A DNA stretch of 64,000 nucleotides from Desulfomonilia bacterium (GCA_050014195.1 JBEKDT010000010.1:1-64000), one strand, 5' to 3'. Counted from the stretch's first letter, positions 7,992 through 18,828 are shown. Made by a program: numbers and translations. Notes: a model not told the origin generated them from the letters alone.

Positions 7992-10817
7992 TTAAAACGT
8001 ATATCCAACTGAGAAATTGATCTTTCCTGGACTCTCACCATCTTTGCGGTTGAGCTTGTATCCATAAAGTAAGCCCATGGGGCCAATGGGGGTGATGTAC
8101 CTGAGTCCGATACCGACTGACGCCCTAAATTCGTCTGATCCGGCATCCACGAATGTTCTTCTGACCGCACCCGTATCGTAAAACAAGGCTGTCTCCCACT
8201 CACGCGTCAACTCGATACGGGCTTCCATACTTCCGTTCATGGATAGGCAGCCGCCCACCGGGTTTCTGCTTGCATCGTACCTCAGCATATTCTCATCGAA
8301 TCCCCTTAAATCCATTGTGCCGCCGAGATAGAACAGCTGATCATCCGGTACCTGGCTGTGTTTTTTAAAGGTATAGATAGCGCCTAAACGGCCAAGCCAG
8401 GCGAGCGTGACCCTTTGTACCGGGCTGAAGTAGTAACGCAGGTTTAGGTAATGCTTAAGGAAGTTGTCCATGGAATCCTGATAACCTCTTGATATATCTA
8501 CTGAATATGATGAATAGAAGCCCTCTTTGGGTCGTACGAAGGAATCTCGTGTATCATAGGAGATGAATGGTGTGGTCACTAGGACACCTCTCGGCTTGTA
8601 TGAATCGGCATCCTCAGGTGGAATGGTTTGTGAGGTATCCTGAAGGAATTGGTATCTATGCTCATACCTGAATCCCAGTGAGGTGGTGACATGTGGTTTA
8701 TATTCCTTAAGAAAGGTGAGCGATGAGGTCCAGACAGATGTACCAAAGATCTGATTAAGCTCCTCTTTCCGCTCATAGGACATCACATAGGTGCTCGATA
8801 TAGGCGAGTTAAAGATCCTGTGCTGGGTGACATCGAACTCACCGCGGTAACCGATCTGGCTCACCTCGCCGCCGAGCCAAGCATCCTTATTCAGACCGAA
8901 CAGGTTCTTGTCGCCGACACGGGCGTTTCCGTACAGCCCTTTGTCGCTGGCATAACCTGCGCCTGACTGGATGTAATAGGGTTCTATCTCTTCCATGTCG
9001 ATAAGCAGTGTGACGTTATCCCTGTTCTCCTTGATGCCGATCGTCTTAAACTGAACTGAATTAAAGACCGACATGTTTCGGATGTTTTTTTGTCCTTCCA
9101 ACATTGCCTTAAGTGAAAAGGGCTGGCCCGGCTCTATACCGAGCTCCTTCCTGATGGCGCTTGTGCTTGTCTTGAAGTTGCCCCGGTAGTAGATATTACC
9201 CATTGTCACATAGGGACCTTCATCTACATGAAAGGCCACGGCAGCCTCCGTAGAGTCTTTGCTCAACACCGCCTCCCCTTTGACGGACACATATGGGTGG
9301 CCCTTTTCAGAGATAAGGTCGGAAAGGGTCACTTCGCTGGCCTTGATGAGGTCGTTCATGAAGGGTTTGCCCACCTTGAGCTGTAAGACCTGGAGGATCC
9401 TTTTCTCCGGTATGGTCTTGAGACCCTCTATCTTGATCGATGAGACGAGGGTCCTGACGCCCTCGGAGACCTTGACAACAATCGATACGCCTGTCTTATC
9501 CTTTGACCACGTAAGTTCAGGGGTCAAAGACACTGCATTGTATCCTTGCTTAAGATAGCGTAAACGAACGGCTGCGAGGTCTTCATCAAGGACATCGGGA
9601 TTAAAAATCTCACTCCTGAAAAGACCGGCTTTGCCGGTCCGCATGTCTTTTTTCAGTTCTTCCTCGTTGAAAAAGGTGTTGCCGGAAAATCGCAAGGAAT
9701 CCACCAGGGTTCTGGGGCCTTCGGTAAGGGACAAATCAAGCTTACGGACCTTCGTATTCTTCATAGTGATCTTTTCTTCCAAGAGCTCGACCTCTGTGAA
9801 AAGGTATCCATCATTTTTATATCTTTCCTTAATGTTCTTGATGCCTTGCCTGATACCCCTATCTCTCCTGTTTCCCTCCTTGAAGATCGGGATGTCCTTC
9901 TTCAGGGTATAAGCCCAGAACCTCTTGTTTCCGGAGAATGCGAGGTCGTAGCGGGGTCCTTCCGAGATGAATATTTCAACTGTAACCTTGCCGGTTTTAT
10001 CATCTTTATTGACAGTCTGGTGGATCTCACATTCAGGGTATCGCCTCTGCCAGTAGAGGCTTGTGAGGTCTTTGATATCACTAATAAGATCCGCTTCCCT
10101 AAAACGCCCTGAATCCCTAATGAAGAAAGAAGATCTCCAAATGTTCATGCGTGACTTGATCTCGGCATCGGTAATGGCGTGGTTCCCTTTGATTTTAAGG
10201 GAGTCGAGGACATAATAGGCGCCTGCATTGACATACACATTGATTATAACGGATCCCTCATGCGGGTTCTTATCTGCTGTTGCGGTGATTTCCGGATTGA
10301 TATAGCCCTCTTTTTTATAGAGATCTCTTAAACGTGTCTCTTGCTCGCTCAGCGTACCAGGGAACAGAGCATCCCCCGGATATACACTCATGGCCTTCAG
10401 GATCTCGCTTTTGAATAGAGGATACTCGCTGTGAACTTTGACATCCTTGACTTCCCAGAAGGGGGTCAGAAGAAAGGTAAGCTTTATCCCGTCCTCGAAG
10501 CGTTCTATTTCAGGGATGACCTCCTCGAATCTCTTACTCAGCATGAGGGTATCTATAGATTGTCGATATGACTCCTCGGTGAACGGCACACCCTCACGCA
10601 ATGCGATGAGGTCACGTGCAAGATTATTCATAGAGGCCTCGCACCACTGACAATCCTTGAACTCTATATTCAATCTCCTTACCACCATTTTATTATAGAG
10701 AGAATATTCGCTGGGCGTCTGTATTCCAGCTCCGGACACTTCCTGGGAGAAACCCGTCGAAGATATAAGGATCATCAAAACAGGATAGAGAAAGATGATT
10801 TTCACAGTTGCGCGCAT
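7992..10817 (-). CDS. Omp85 family outer-membrane protein (BamA/TamA-like) with many POTRA repeats
   Basis: Repeated POTRA patterns (EG....V..I.F.GN), FYLGG..DLRGF, GLRYITPIGP, C-terminal Phe. Confidence 0.88.
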   Translation of the reverse strand: MRATVKIIFLYPVLMILISSTGFSQEVSGAGIQTPSEYSLYNKMVVRRLNIEFKDCQWCEASMNNLARDLIALREGVPFTEESYRQSIDTLMLSKRFEEVIPEIERFEDGIKLTFLLTPFWEVKDVKVHSEYPLFKSEILKAMSVYPGDALFPGTLSEQETRLRDLYKKEGYINPEITATADKNPHEGSVIINVYVNAGAYYVLDSLKIKGNHAITDAEIKSRMNIWRSSFFIRDSGRFREADLISDIKDLTSLYWQRRYPECEIHQTVNKDDKTGKVTVEIFISEGPRYDLAFSGNKRFWAYTLKKDIPIFKEGNRRDRGIRQGIKNIKERYKNDGYLFTEVELLEEKITMKNTKVRKLDLSLTEGPRTLVDSLRFSGNTFFNEEELKKDMRTGKAGLFRSEIFNPDVLDEDLAAVRLRYLKQGYNAVSLTPELTWSKDKTGVSIVVKVSEGVRTLVSSIKIEGLKTIPEKRILQVLQLKVGKPFMNDLIKASEVTLSDLISEKGHPYVSVKGEAVLSKDSTEAAVAFHVDEGPYVTMGNIYYRGNFKTSTSAIRKELGIEPGQPFSLKAMLEGQKNIRNMSVFNSVQFKTIGIKENRDNVTLLIDMEEIEPYYIQSGAGYASDKGLYGNARVGDKNLFGLNKDAWLGGEVSQIGYRGEFDVTQHRIFNSPISSTYVMSYERKEELNQIFGTSVWTSSLTFLKEYKPHVTTSLGFRYEHRYQFLQDTSQTIPPEDADSYKPRGVLVTTPFISYDTRDSFVRPKEGFYSSYSVDISRGYQDSMDNFLKHYLNLRYYFSPVQRVTLAWLGRLGAIYTFKKHSQVPDDQLFYLGGTMDLRGFDENMLRYDASRNPVGGCLSMNGSMEARIELTREWETALFYDTGAVRRTFVDAGSDEFRASVGIGLRYITPIGPMGLLYGYKLNRKDGESPGKINFSVGYTF

Positions 10818-10823
10818 ATCTCT

Positions 10824-13800
10824 CTAGCGAAACTCGTACCTGTACTGTATTACTGCACCGAAGACACCGTCGCTTGCCTGACTGCCGTTGATAAGCAGAT
10901 TATCAAGGAGCTTATATTCTGCGACACCCGATTGAATAGTCCCGGTGCTCGTAGTCTCCATCTCATACTTCAGGGTGATGTTCCGGGAGAGCTCTTTGCC
11001 CAGGGTGAGTTTGAGGTTCTCTCCACCTTTTGAGGTAGTGAGTTCGGAAGATTTGAGTTCAAGAATGTCCAGGGTTGTGGCCTTTTTGATATCGCCGCCA
11101 TAAGTCTTTGCAAGAAGTTCTGCCGCCATTGCTCCCGGCGCGACAGTCACCCCTGTCTGGTTCTGGCTGAGCTCACGGGACGTCTTGCCGAGAATAAGGA
11201 GGGAAAGGATATCCGGTGGTTCCTCAGTCGGGGTCGAGCTCAGCTTGAATTGAAGATTGTCGAGGTCCCCCTCCACAGAAAGGGTTATATCCCAATCACG
11301 GACCTTGGTTTTACTTATGATATCAACTCTCGCTTGGGTCTTGTAGGGATTCAGGAAATCGATGTCCCCCTTGGAAACCGTGAAATTGTTGTTCTCGAAG
11401 GTTACGGTCCCATCAGTAACTGCTATTCTGCCGGTCAGGATGGGGTTGATGAGGGTTCCGATGATCTTAAGATCCGGGTTGAGGGTGAGTTCCGCCACAT
11501 TGTTCTCCACCTTCACGTCTCCCCTGCGTTTGATGGCGACATCGAGGGCCATGTTCTTCATAAAAGGCCAGGGGGTAGGTATGAACTGCCCCTTATCAAG
11601 ATTCTGTTTTGGGAGGATGCGTTCAATGACACCGGTTAAGAGGTTCACCTGAACGTCCTTGTAATATGTCCCATCGATGATGATAACATCGGATTTAAGC
11701 GATGATTGATCAAGAGATGCATTGAGGACGGTCTCTGCATCCACGGTCAGATCCATCATACCCGGGATAGTGATGGGCAGTGATCTTACCTGGGAGTTCA
11801 ACTCGATATTCCTTGGAGCATACCCGTCCAGGACAACACTACCGCCTATTTTGAAAGAACCGGTATCGAGCTGTCCGATAAGCTCTTCGATAATGATCTT
11901 ACTGCCTTCCAGCCTTATCTTACCGCCCACATCATGCAGATGCTGGCCGTTTTCCGGTATGGTATATGCGAAGTCCTCCAAGGTAAGCTGAGCCGATGCC
12001 TCGTGGTGGGTACCATCGGTCTTGAATTGTGACGACACACGGATAGTGCCCAGGCTGTCGGAGAGGTCTTCAAAGAATATACCCAGTGCAGCAGCAGGGA
12101 TGACACCATTGGCATCAAGGCTGAAGGCCTTTTTTATATCTCCCTGGCCTTTTATATCGAACCAGCCGTTCTCTCCGAAAACAATGCGGGTGTCAGGAAT
12201 TGAGAAATCCTCGTTTTTATAGGAGGCGCTTACATTGCGGGCCTGCACGAGGTTTTTATTCTCATGAAGGATGTCCAGAGAAGATATGTCGGCAATCATA
12301 TCAATATCTTTGAGGGATCGTATATTCCCACGGGTATCGATCCTCCCTGTCAGCCTGCCTGAGAAAGTGGGCCTATTGAAAATGATGAAATAGGGGGAAA
12401 GATCGGTCTCTGCAAAGATGATTGAGATGGAAAACTCGCCTGAAGAAAGGTCGTGCATTGCCTTCAAAGAGAAGTTCCAATTACCCTGCATGTTTACCTT
12501 GTGGTCCTGGAGCTCAAAAGACAAGGTCAAGTCATCAATGGGTTTATTATTGAACATGATATTCGTAGCAGCTATCCTTCCGGCAATAACAGGGTTGTTT
12601 AAGTTTCCCTCTCCGGAGGTATTGAAGAAGATCTTGCCCTTGGCCGACTCGTGACCTTTAATGAAATCGAGATTCTCCAGGCTCAGCCCCTGAGTACCGA
12701 GGGAATAGGCAAAGGTGCCATCCGTTGCGATCCACCCGTTGCCATTGATATTCTCGCCGTTAGCAATAACAAGCTTTATCGGTTCGACCCAAAAGCGTCC
12801 TCCATCTGCTTGGATATTCATTGACAACTCTTGAAAGCGTTGGTAACCCAGGTCGATGTCTTTTCCTGTAAGTATCGCATCACCGATAGGATGCCGCAAG
12901 CTCCCTTCCATCATGGCGCTTACAGAGAAAGTGCCCTTAGCACGATCGAAGAAGTCGTCGATATGCAATGAGTCTCCTTGTACCTTAAGGTGAATGTCCG
13001 GGTCGAAGTTAAGGTGCTTCCGGGTCTGATCAATGAGGGCGGCATCACCGGTTATCAAGAGTGTTGATTGCTTACGGGTAAGCTCGATGCGCGATATGGT
13101 GAGCAGCCCTTGTGAAAGGGAGCCGATGAGGACGGCATCACCGAGGTGGATATCTTCTGCTGAGAGATCTTTCCCATCCAGATGTATTGTGGCCCTCAGA
13201 TCGCTCAAACTTCCATCGGCGCTGATATATCCGTTGAATATGCCGGCAAGCTTGGGATTCGACGTGAAATCACCAGGGTTTATGGTCTTCAGATCGGCCT
13301 TGAGAGATAGAGCCGGGTCGGTCTGAATAGTCGGGAATTGTTTGAAGACCTGGACATTTCCTTGCACCTGGATGGTTGAAGACCTGTTGGAGATCGTGCA
13401 GGAACTGATATTGAGTTTCCCGTTTTGATCAAGGAGCGCCTTCAGATCGATGGTCCCGAGCGGGATACCGTTGATGGTTGTTCCTTGGGCGCCTGCGATA
13501 ATATCGGCAATAGGTTTCTCAAAAGTCCCTGAGATGCGTGAAGATGCCTTGAAGACGCCCGTTGCATTAATGCCTGAGCGTCTCAGAAGGTCTTCGATAC
13601 GTGGAGTCTCCATGGTGATGGTCCCGTCCAAGGTATGGCCGGCCAGGTTGATACTACCTTGAGAAGATGCTGATATGCTCCCTGTCCGGGCATTGAGGCT
13701 TCGGATATCAAGCATGTTCTTCCTGTAAGCTATTTTGCCTGTCAATGAGAGGTCTTCGCGTTTCAAGACCGTGCCGGCTGTGATGCCTTGTCCTTGTGCC

Positions 13801-15020
13801 GTAAACTCTGCATCGAGGCGCAGGGAATTCGCAGAGACCCCTGTCCCCTTCAGGGCAATCCTTGGGCTGAGTGTTCCTTTCAGTCCTTTGGGCATTCCGG
13901 GGAGATCGTTTATAAGAAGGCTCGTGCCGGTGATGGAGAGGTCATAGGTGATGGCGTCTTCCTCCTTGATCCCTTCGAAATAGCTATCAGGAAAGACATG
14001 TCTTAAATCAACCACGCCTGCAGCAATTAAATTGCCGGATGCGTATGCTACAGAAAGCCTTTTTATAGCAACTACCTTGTCCGCTAAAGAGCCATCGAGG
14101 TTGGTTTTGCCTATCTTTTGGCCACCGAGTGTCCCCCCGTTATATGCAAGTGTAAAGATTAATCCTGGGTTATCGTAGTCGCGACTTACCGTGATGCGGC
14201 CTGTGATCCTCCCCGTGTTGCCGTCGCCGAAGCCAAGGGCATCCCTGAGGTCGGCCATATCAGAGTCGAGGTTCAGGTCGCATCGGAGCTGAGCCTTCTT
14301 GGACATTTCGGTTATCGAGCCGGCCAAGGTGGCAGTTGATGAGCCCTTCTTTATTGCTATACGGATGTCTCTGATCCGGTCATTGAAAATGGTGCAGGAT
14401 GCGGAGCCTGTGCCGAGATCGATCTTCCTGTTTGATGCAAAGAGGGTCATGAGGGCCTTTGGTACTGACAGGTGTATGGTAGTGTCGTTTTCAAAGGTGG
14501 AACTCATGCAAAAATCAAAGTTTTCGAGCCTTACAATGGGTTTTCCATCTTTCCCTTTGTAAGCAAATGTCCCCCCATTGCTGGTGAGCGAATTGATGTA
14601 CACATTGAACTGGCTTTGGCCCGGCGTCTTTGCGACAAAGGCGCTCTCGATATTGAGCCAGTTATCCTTGTCGACCTCCAAAATGAAGTCGGGCTTTTCT
14701 ATGTTAATGGCCTCGAATATGACCTTCTTCCTGAAGAGCGCAGGAAGATTGATCTTGATGTAGGCATGTTTCGCCTTGAGGATCTGTTTACCGTCGGGTC
14801 CGAGGAGTATGACATTTTCCAGGCCTGCCTCCTGGGCAATCAACGAGGCCTCTATTCCCGTGCCCATAATCTTCCCCGGGTAAAGGCTGTTCAAAGAGTG
14901 CAACAACAGGCGCTTGCCCGGTTCTGTAAGGAAGTAGAGGTGTGCAGCTCCTACAATACATGCGAGAAGCATTCCCAAAGCACATACAGCGATAAGGAGG
15001 ATTTTGAGGGCCTTTCTCAT
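10824..15020 (-). CDS. tamB: Translocation and assembly module TamB-like protein
   Basis: About 1400 aa, N-terminal anchor, beta-rich body, DUF490-like C-terminus (LSSTP....DILSLLILG, YRYEF). Confidence 0.82.
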   Translation of the reverse strand: MRKALKILLIAVCALGMLLACIVGAAHLYFLTEPGKRLLLHSLNSLYPGKIMGTGIEASLIAQEAGLENVILLGPDGKQILKAKHAYIKINLPALFRKKVIFEAINIEKPDFILEVDKDNWLNIESAFVAKTPGQSQFNVYINSLTSNGGTFAYKGKDGKPIVRLENFDFCMSSTFENDTTIHLSVPKALMTLFASNRKIDLGTGSASCTIFNDRIRDIRIAIKKGSSTATLAGSITEMSKKAQLRCDLNLDSDMADLRDALGFGDGNTGRITGRITVSRDYDNPGLIFTLAYNGGTLGGQKIGKTNLDGSLADKVVAIKRLSVAYASGNLIAAGVVDLRHVFPDSYFEGIKEEDAITYDLSITGTSLLINDLPGMPKGLKGTLSPRIALKGTGVSANSLRLDAEFTAQGQGITAGTVLKREDLSLTGKIAYRKNMLDIRSLNARTGSISASSQGSINLAGHTLDGTITMETPRIEDLLRRSGINATGVFKASSRISGTFEKPIADIIAGAQGTTINGIPLGTIDLKALLDQNGKLNISSCTISNRSSTIQVQGNVQVFKQFPTIQTDPALSLKADLKTINPGDFTSNPKLAGIFNGYISADGSLSDLRATIHLDGKDLSAEDIHLGDAVLIGSLSQGLLTISRIELTRKQSTLLITGDAALIDQTRKHLNFDPDIHLKVQGDSLHIDDFFDRAKGTFSVSAMMEGSLRHPIGDAILTGKDIDLGYQRFQELSMNIQADGGRFWVEPIKLVIANGENINGNGWIATDGTFAYSLGTQGLSLENLDFIKGHESAKGKIFFNTSGEGNLNNPVIAGRIAATNIMFNNKPIDDLTLSFELQDHKVNMQGNWNFSLKAMHDLSSGEFSISIIFAETDLSPYFIIFNRPTFSGRLTGRIDTRGNIRSLKDIDMIADISSLDILHENKNLVQARNVSASYKNEDFSIPDTRIVFGENGWFDIKGQGDIKKAFSLDANGVIPAAALGIFFEDLSDSLGTIRVSSQFKTDGTHHEASAQLTLEDFAYTIPENGQHLHDVGGKIRLEGSKIIIEELIGQLDTGSFKIGGSVVLDGYAPRNIELNSQVRSLPITIPGMMDLTVDAETVLNASLDQSSLKSDVIIIDGTYYKDVQVNLLTGVIERILPKQNLDKGQFIPTPWPFMKNMALDVAIKRRGDVKVENNVAELTLNPDLKIIGTLINPILTGRIAVTDGTVTFENNNFTVSKGDIDFLNPYKTQARVDIISKTKVRDWDITLSVEGDLDNLQFKLSSTPTEEPPDILSLLILGKTSRELSQNQTGVTVAPGAMAAELLAKTYGGDIKKATTLDILELKSSELTTSKGGENLKLTLGKELSRNITLKYEMETTSTGTIQSGVAEYKLLDNLLINGSQASDGVFGAVIQYRYEFR

Positions 15021-15133
15021 ACGCACCTGCGCACCCGGTTCACCAGGGCACCGTTCCGGGCCGCTCTGAGCAGATCTCAAGCATCATGACTATCCTCTAT
15101 CAGAAAAATAGCCAAGCTACATACATTTTTTCA

Positions 15134-15465
15134 CAGTAAGTCGTTCCCATTATGGATAGGGAAGCAATCGTCGAGAAGGCAAGTAAGCTGATCGCTACCG
15201 TGGGAAGGAACAGTGCACGGCTCACCGCTTTCACCGAATCCTTCATCCCGACGTATCCGGACTGGATATGGAATGTACCGGCAGGCCAGCTCTGACTGAA
15301 TCAGCAGCTCTATGAAACCTGGATGTGGTGGGTCGTTATGCCCGGCCGGATGCATTCTATCTAACAATATCAAAGACTCCGAACCCAATCCTGGCTGTCC
15401 GGGAAGGTATTCCACATCCAGATATAGCCAAAGAAAACGAAGAGGAAGTTCTGTTCAAAGAATAG
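15134..15465 (+). pseudogene. Nitrilase (carbon-nitrogen hydrolase) relic with large internal deletion
   Basis: 15152-15295 reads MDREAIVEKASKLIATVGRNSARLTAFTESFIPTYPDWIW (nitrilase N-terminus); 15319-15465 reads LDVVGRYARPDAFYLT (nitrilase C-terminus); stops and frame break between them. Confidence 0.75.
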
Positions 15466-15522
15466 TTTGGAATAGAAAATACTTTCTTCTTCAAGTTCTC
15501 ACATCATGTGAACATAAGAAGA

Positions 15523-16989
15523 TCATGAAATCCCATGAGAATTCGTGTCCCCCAATGCTCCAATCTCCTGCAGAAAGAACCTTGATGGCTGAATGCCAAG
15601 CAACGAAGAAGGAATACTCCTCACAATGTTCCGCTTAGGTAACCCTTCATCCTGTCCTTGAGTTGCAAGATTAATCTTTTCACCTCGAGTCAGGCCTCCT
15701 TTATCGTCATCCACGAGAAGTATAAGCAGTGGGAGGGCCTTTTCGGATTCGTCAGGGTAGTCGAAAACTAAACCAATCTCACCGCTATCCAGTTCCAGAA
15801 TTGAACCGATAGGGTATATCCCTATCATATGTATGAAGATCTTCAATAGAAGCGGATCAAAGTTTTTTCCCCGCTCACTCCACATTCGCCTCAGGGCTTC
15901 ATTGTGGCTGAATGCCCTTGGCCGATAGCTTCGATCCGAGGTCAGTGCCTCGTAGACATCTACGATATGCAGGATTCTCCCTATGAGGCTTATTTTCTTC
16001 ATAAAATGGGTCTTAGGATATCCGGTCATATCAGGATTCAGATGGTGCTCGAAAGGTCCAAGAATTATCCTCGATCTAAGGGAATGAGGTGCCTGTAATC
16101 TAAGTATTTTCCTCACACCTATAAGAGGATGTTTCCGCATTTTATCCCACTCCTCAATATCCAGTTCGCCGGGTTTGAGAAGGATATTTTTCGATATTTC
16201 CACCTTACCTAAATCATGAAATAATCCGCAGACAGCAAGGTGTTCAAGAAAGACCTGTGACAAACCCACATGTCTCCCTAAACACGTGGCAAGCAAGGCG
16301 ACATTTACAGAGTGGGTATAGGTGTAATCATCATAATCTTTGATCGTAGCCAAACCCAGCATAAGGGAATTATCCTCCCGGACTAAATCCACTATAGTCT
16401 GGGCCAGACGTCTTGCCTTACGAACCCCGGCAATACCCTTGGAGGCTTTCTCAGCAACTTCTTTAACTGTTTTCAGAGCATAATAATAGGTATTCCATGC
16501 CTTCTCTTTTTGCTGCATACCAAGATTTTGTGGACGTTCGTCCTGTTTTCTGAGGATCTCAACCCATGATAAATCATTTCCTTCCAGTTGTTGATCAAGC
16601 CAACCAGGGGGGTCTTCGTGTGTAACCGATGCGTTGAGAATACGTATAAATACAATGAGATCCTCGGGTAAAACGCTACCAAAAGATGAAAGAAAACTTA
16701 GACCTCTGAGTCCGCGCTCGGAGAAATATTCCAACATATCATTGATGATGTGGAAGTTTTCCCTTCGAAAAAGAAGTTTTTCGCCTTGTATATGGAATCT
16801 TCCACGCCAGATCTGGATGGTTACGGCCTCTTCTTGAGAAAAATCAGAAATGGCGTTATTGAATTGTTTAACACAGTCCTGGATTAATTGATTGTTATCC
16901 TGATGAATCCTTACGGTATTGATGATATGATACAAGGCCTTTATCAGCCTTCCTCCCAACAGTCCAGCTTGTGTCTTTTGATCCGACAT
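15523..16989 (-). CDS. HD-GYP domain protein (putative cyclic-dinucleotide phosphodiesterase)
   Basis: YTYTHSVNV, HDLGK, EHH...TGYP, DVYEALTSDRSYR motifs. Confidence 0.88.
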   Translation of the reverse strand: MSDQKTQAGLLGGRLIKALYHIINTVRIHQDNNQLIQDCVKQFNNAISDFSQEEAVTIQIWRGRFHIQGEKLLFRRENFHIINDMLEYFSERGLRGLSFLSSFGSVLPEDLIVFIRILNASVTHEDPPGWLDQQLEGNDLSWVEILRKQDERPQNLGMQQKEKAWNTYYYALKTVKEVAEKASKGIAGVRKARRLAQTIVDLVREDNSLMLGLATIKDYDDYTYTHSVNVALLATCLGRHVGLSQVFLEHLAVCGLFHDLGKVEISKNILLKPGELDIEEWDKMRKHPLIGVRKILRLQAPHSLRSRIILGPFEHHLNPDMTGYPKTHFMKKISLIGRILHIVDVYEALTSDRSYRPRAFSHNEALRRMWSERGKNFDPLLLKIFIHMIGIYPIGSILELDSGEIGLVFDYPDESEKALPLLILLVDDDKGGLTRGEKINLATQGQDEGLPKRNIVRSIPSSLLGIQPSRFFLQEIGALGDTNSHGIS

Positions 16990-16994
16990 GTTAG

Positions 16995-18770
16995 TTATGC
17001 CGCCTTTAATTTTGTCAGGTCTTTTTTGACTTTCCGGACTATACGACGCACACTTGGATAAAGACATCGACCGGCGCCTTCCAATACCTGCCGCGCCTCT
17101 TCCATCCCGAGCATGCTCAGTGCTATGGCAGCGCCATTTCTATGAGCTGCCCTCCAGAAGGTGGGCATCCATCCCCAACCGAGCAGGGTTCGACGAAGAA
17201 AAGGGATGGATCGTGATGAACCACATTGGCCCAGCGTTATAAAGCAAGCAATGACATGCTCGCCATCGGCGCTTTTAAACTTTCGGTGTTCAAGGTAATC
17301 GAGAAGGAGTCCCTCGGTAATATGGTCCCGAGACTTGCCCATTTGTCTCAAGATCAGACGACGGATTGTCTCATCTTTATCATCGATGAGCTTAAAGATA
17401 TCATGAATACGGGTATGTCCTCGCTGCAATAGTCCCTTTATCGCCTCTTGGCGCACATTTGTGGATGTGTGACGAACCAGTTTCATGAGAATCTTTGAAG
17501 GTCGATCTCCCTTCAGCTTGACGCACACATTAACAAGCATTTCCACAAGTTTTTCATCTTGGCTTTTGAGTAGAGATTCCAGGGGACGCAGATCTCGTGA
17601 AGCCAGTGAAATCATCACATCCACAAGCATTTGCCGGAGCTGTAAGGAATGATTCTGCAGTAAAATGATGCCCAGTGTATGGATAGCATCTGGTTGTAAG
17701 AGTTTGAGTATCTGTTCGATTTTTGCCACTTGGCCGGAATCTATGTCCGGCCATATGGCCAATAAAGGGCTAAGAGACTGAGAACTGGAGACAGTAAGAA
17801 AAAAGTCCTCGATTAACGGAGAAGCCCAGGGTATCTCAACTGTGCATGTATTGAGGACATACTGTAAGCTTTGCAGGATCTTGAGCATAATGTCGAAATC
17901 TTTTCGAGTCAGTGCGTTCTTAAACTCTTCCTCCAATATTTCAAGAATGATCTCGAAATTCTCTTGTTCCCTGTGCTCAAGGAGACTATCGAATAAAGCA
18001 TCTAGATACTCAGTCGGGTTCGCCTCTTCCTCGCGACATCTCATTTCCTTAACTATTTCTTTCTCTTCCGGGGTAAGTAAAAGAGAGTCTTGATCGATCG
18101 CGGGGTCGGTAAGAGTCTCCCAATCCACTAATTTGTTTTCTCTAAGAGATACAGAAACGTTGTCTCCTTTTTTAGATAAAATCGTAAAGTCTACTTCCCG
18201 TTGTGCTGATTTATCTCCTCCAAACAATTTCGAACCATTATCCCATGTATCGAAAGGAGGCGGAAAGTCAGAGTCTTGTTCGGATCCCCAAGAGAAATCT
18301 GCAACTTCGTATTTGATATGTAGGAATTGAGTTTCCCAAAAAGCGGTTACTATATCTCCTTCCGGTTCATCTGATAATATGCTGTATTTATTTATAATCT
18401 TTATGAATTCTTTTAATTCCTCAGGATCTATTCCTTTAGTGAATTCCAGCCATCGGATACCGTCACGAAAGAGGGTAAAAGGCAACGCACCCTCTTCAGG
18501 AGATTCTGAATGAATTATTTCACCATCGGAAACAAGCTGATCACTTTCTATGTTGAGTCTCAGGAAACCGTATTTGCGTAGGTATGTATCGAGTTGCGTG
18601 TGAAGCTGGGCAATGACATTCATGCAAATGGTATGGTTTTCAGGATATAAAGAGTGGTTCTTCCTGGCGAGAAGAAGAGTTACGATCACCTTTTTAGCAG
18701 CCTCCAACTCCTCATTAATGGGGCCGGGGCTTATGGTCTTCGAGTATGTATCATCAAAATTAATCACCAA
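16995..18770 (-). CDS. HEAT-repeat-containing protein
   Basis: N-terminal LYP..H motif shared with HD-GYP partner domains; C-terminal helical repeats (VRQEAIKGL, AAIAL); 5 bp from the HD-GYP gene. Confidence 0.72.
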   Translation of the reverse strand: MVINFDDTYSKTISPGPINEELEAAKKVIVTLLLARKNHSLYPENHTICMNVIAQLHTQLDTYLRKYGFLRLNIESDQLVSDGEIIHSESPEEGALPFTLFRDGIRWLEFTKGIDPEELKEFIKIINKYSILSDEPEGDIVTAFWETQFLHIKYEVADFSWGSEQDSDFPPPFDTWDNGSKLFGGDKSAQREVDFTILSKKGDNVSVSLRENKLVDWETLTDPAIDQDSLLLTPEEKEIVKEMRCREEEANPTEYLDALFDSLLEHREQENFEIILEILEEEFKNALTRKDFDIMLKILQSLQYVLNTCTVEIPWASPLIEDFFLTVSSSQSLSPLLAIWPDIDSGQVAKIEQILKLLQPDAIHTLGIILLQNHSLQLRQMLVDVMISLASRDLRPLESLLKSQDEKLVEMLVNVCVKLKGDRPSKILMKLVRHTSTNVRQEAIKGLLQRGHTRIHDIFKLIDDKDETIRRLILRQMGKSRDHITEGLLLDYLEHRKFKSADGEHVIACFITLGQCGSSRSIPFLRRTLLGWGWMPTFWRAAHRNGAAIALSMLGMEEARQVLEGAGRCLYPSVRRIVRKVKKDLTKLKAA

Positions 18771-18828
18771 AGCATCCCTCTATAGTATCTCAATATTGGG
18801 ACATTTGCCATCATACTATATTTCTATA

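Noticed and set aside
15131-15638. ORF-track entries 15131-15415 (-) and 15312-15638 (+) as genes
   Set aside because: They are off-frame or antisense shadows of the nitrilase relic and the HD-GYP end, with no recognisable motifs
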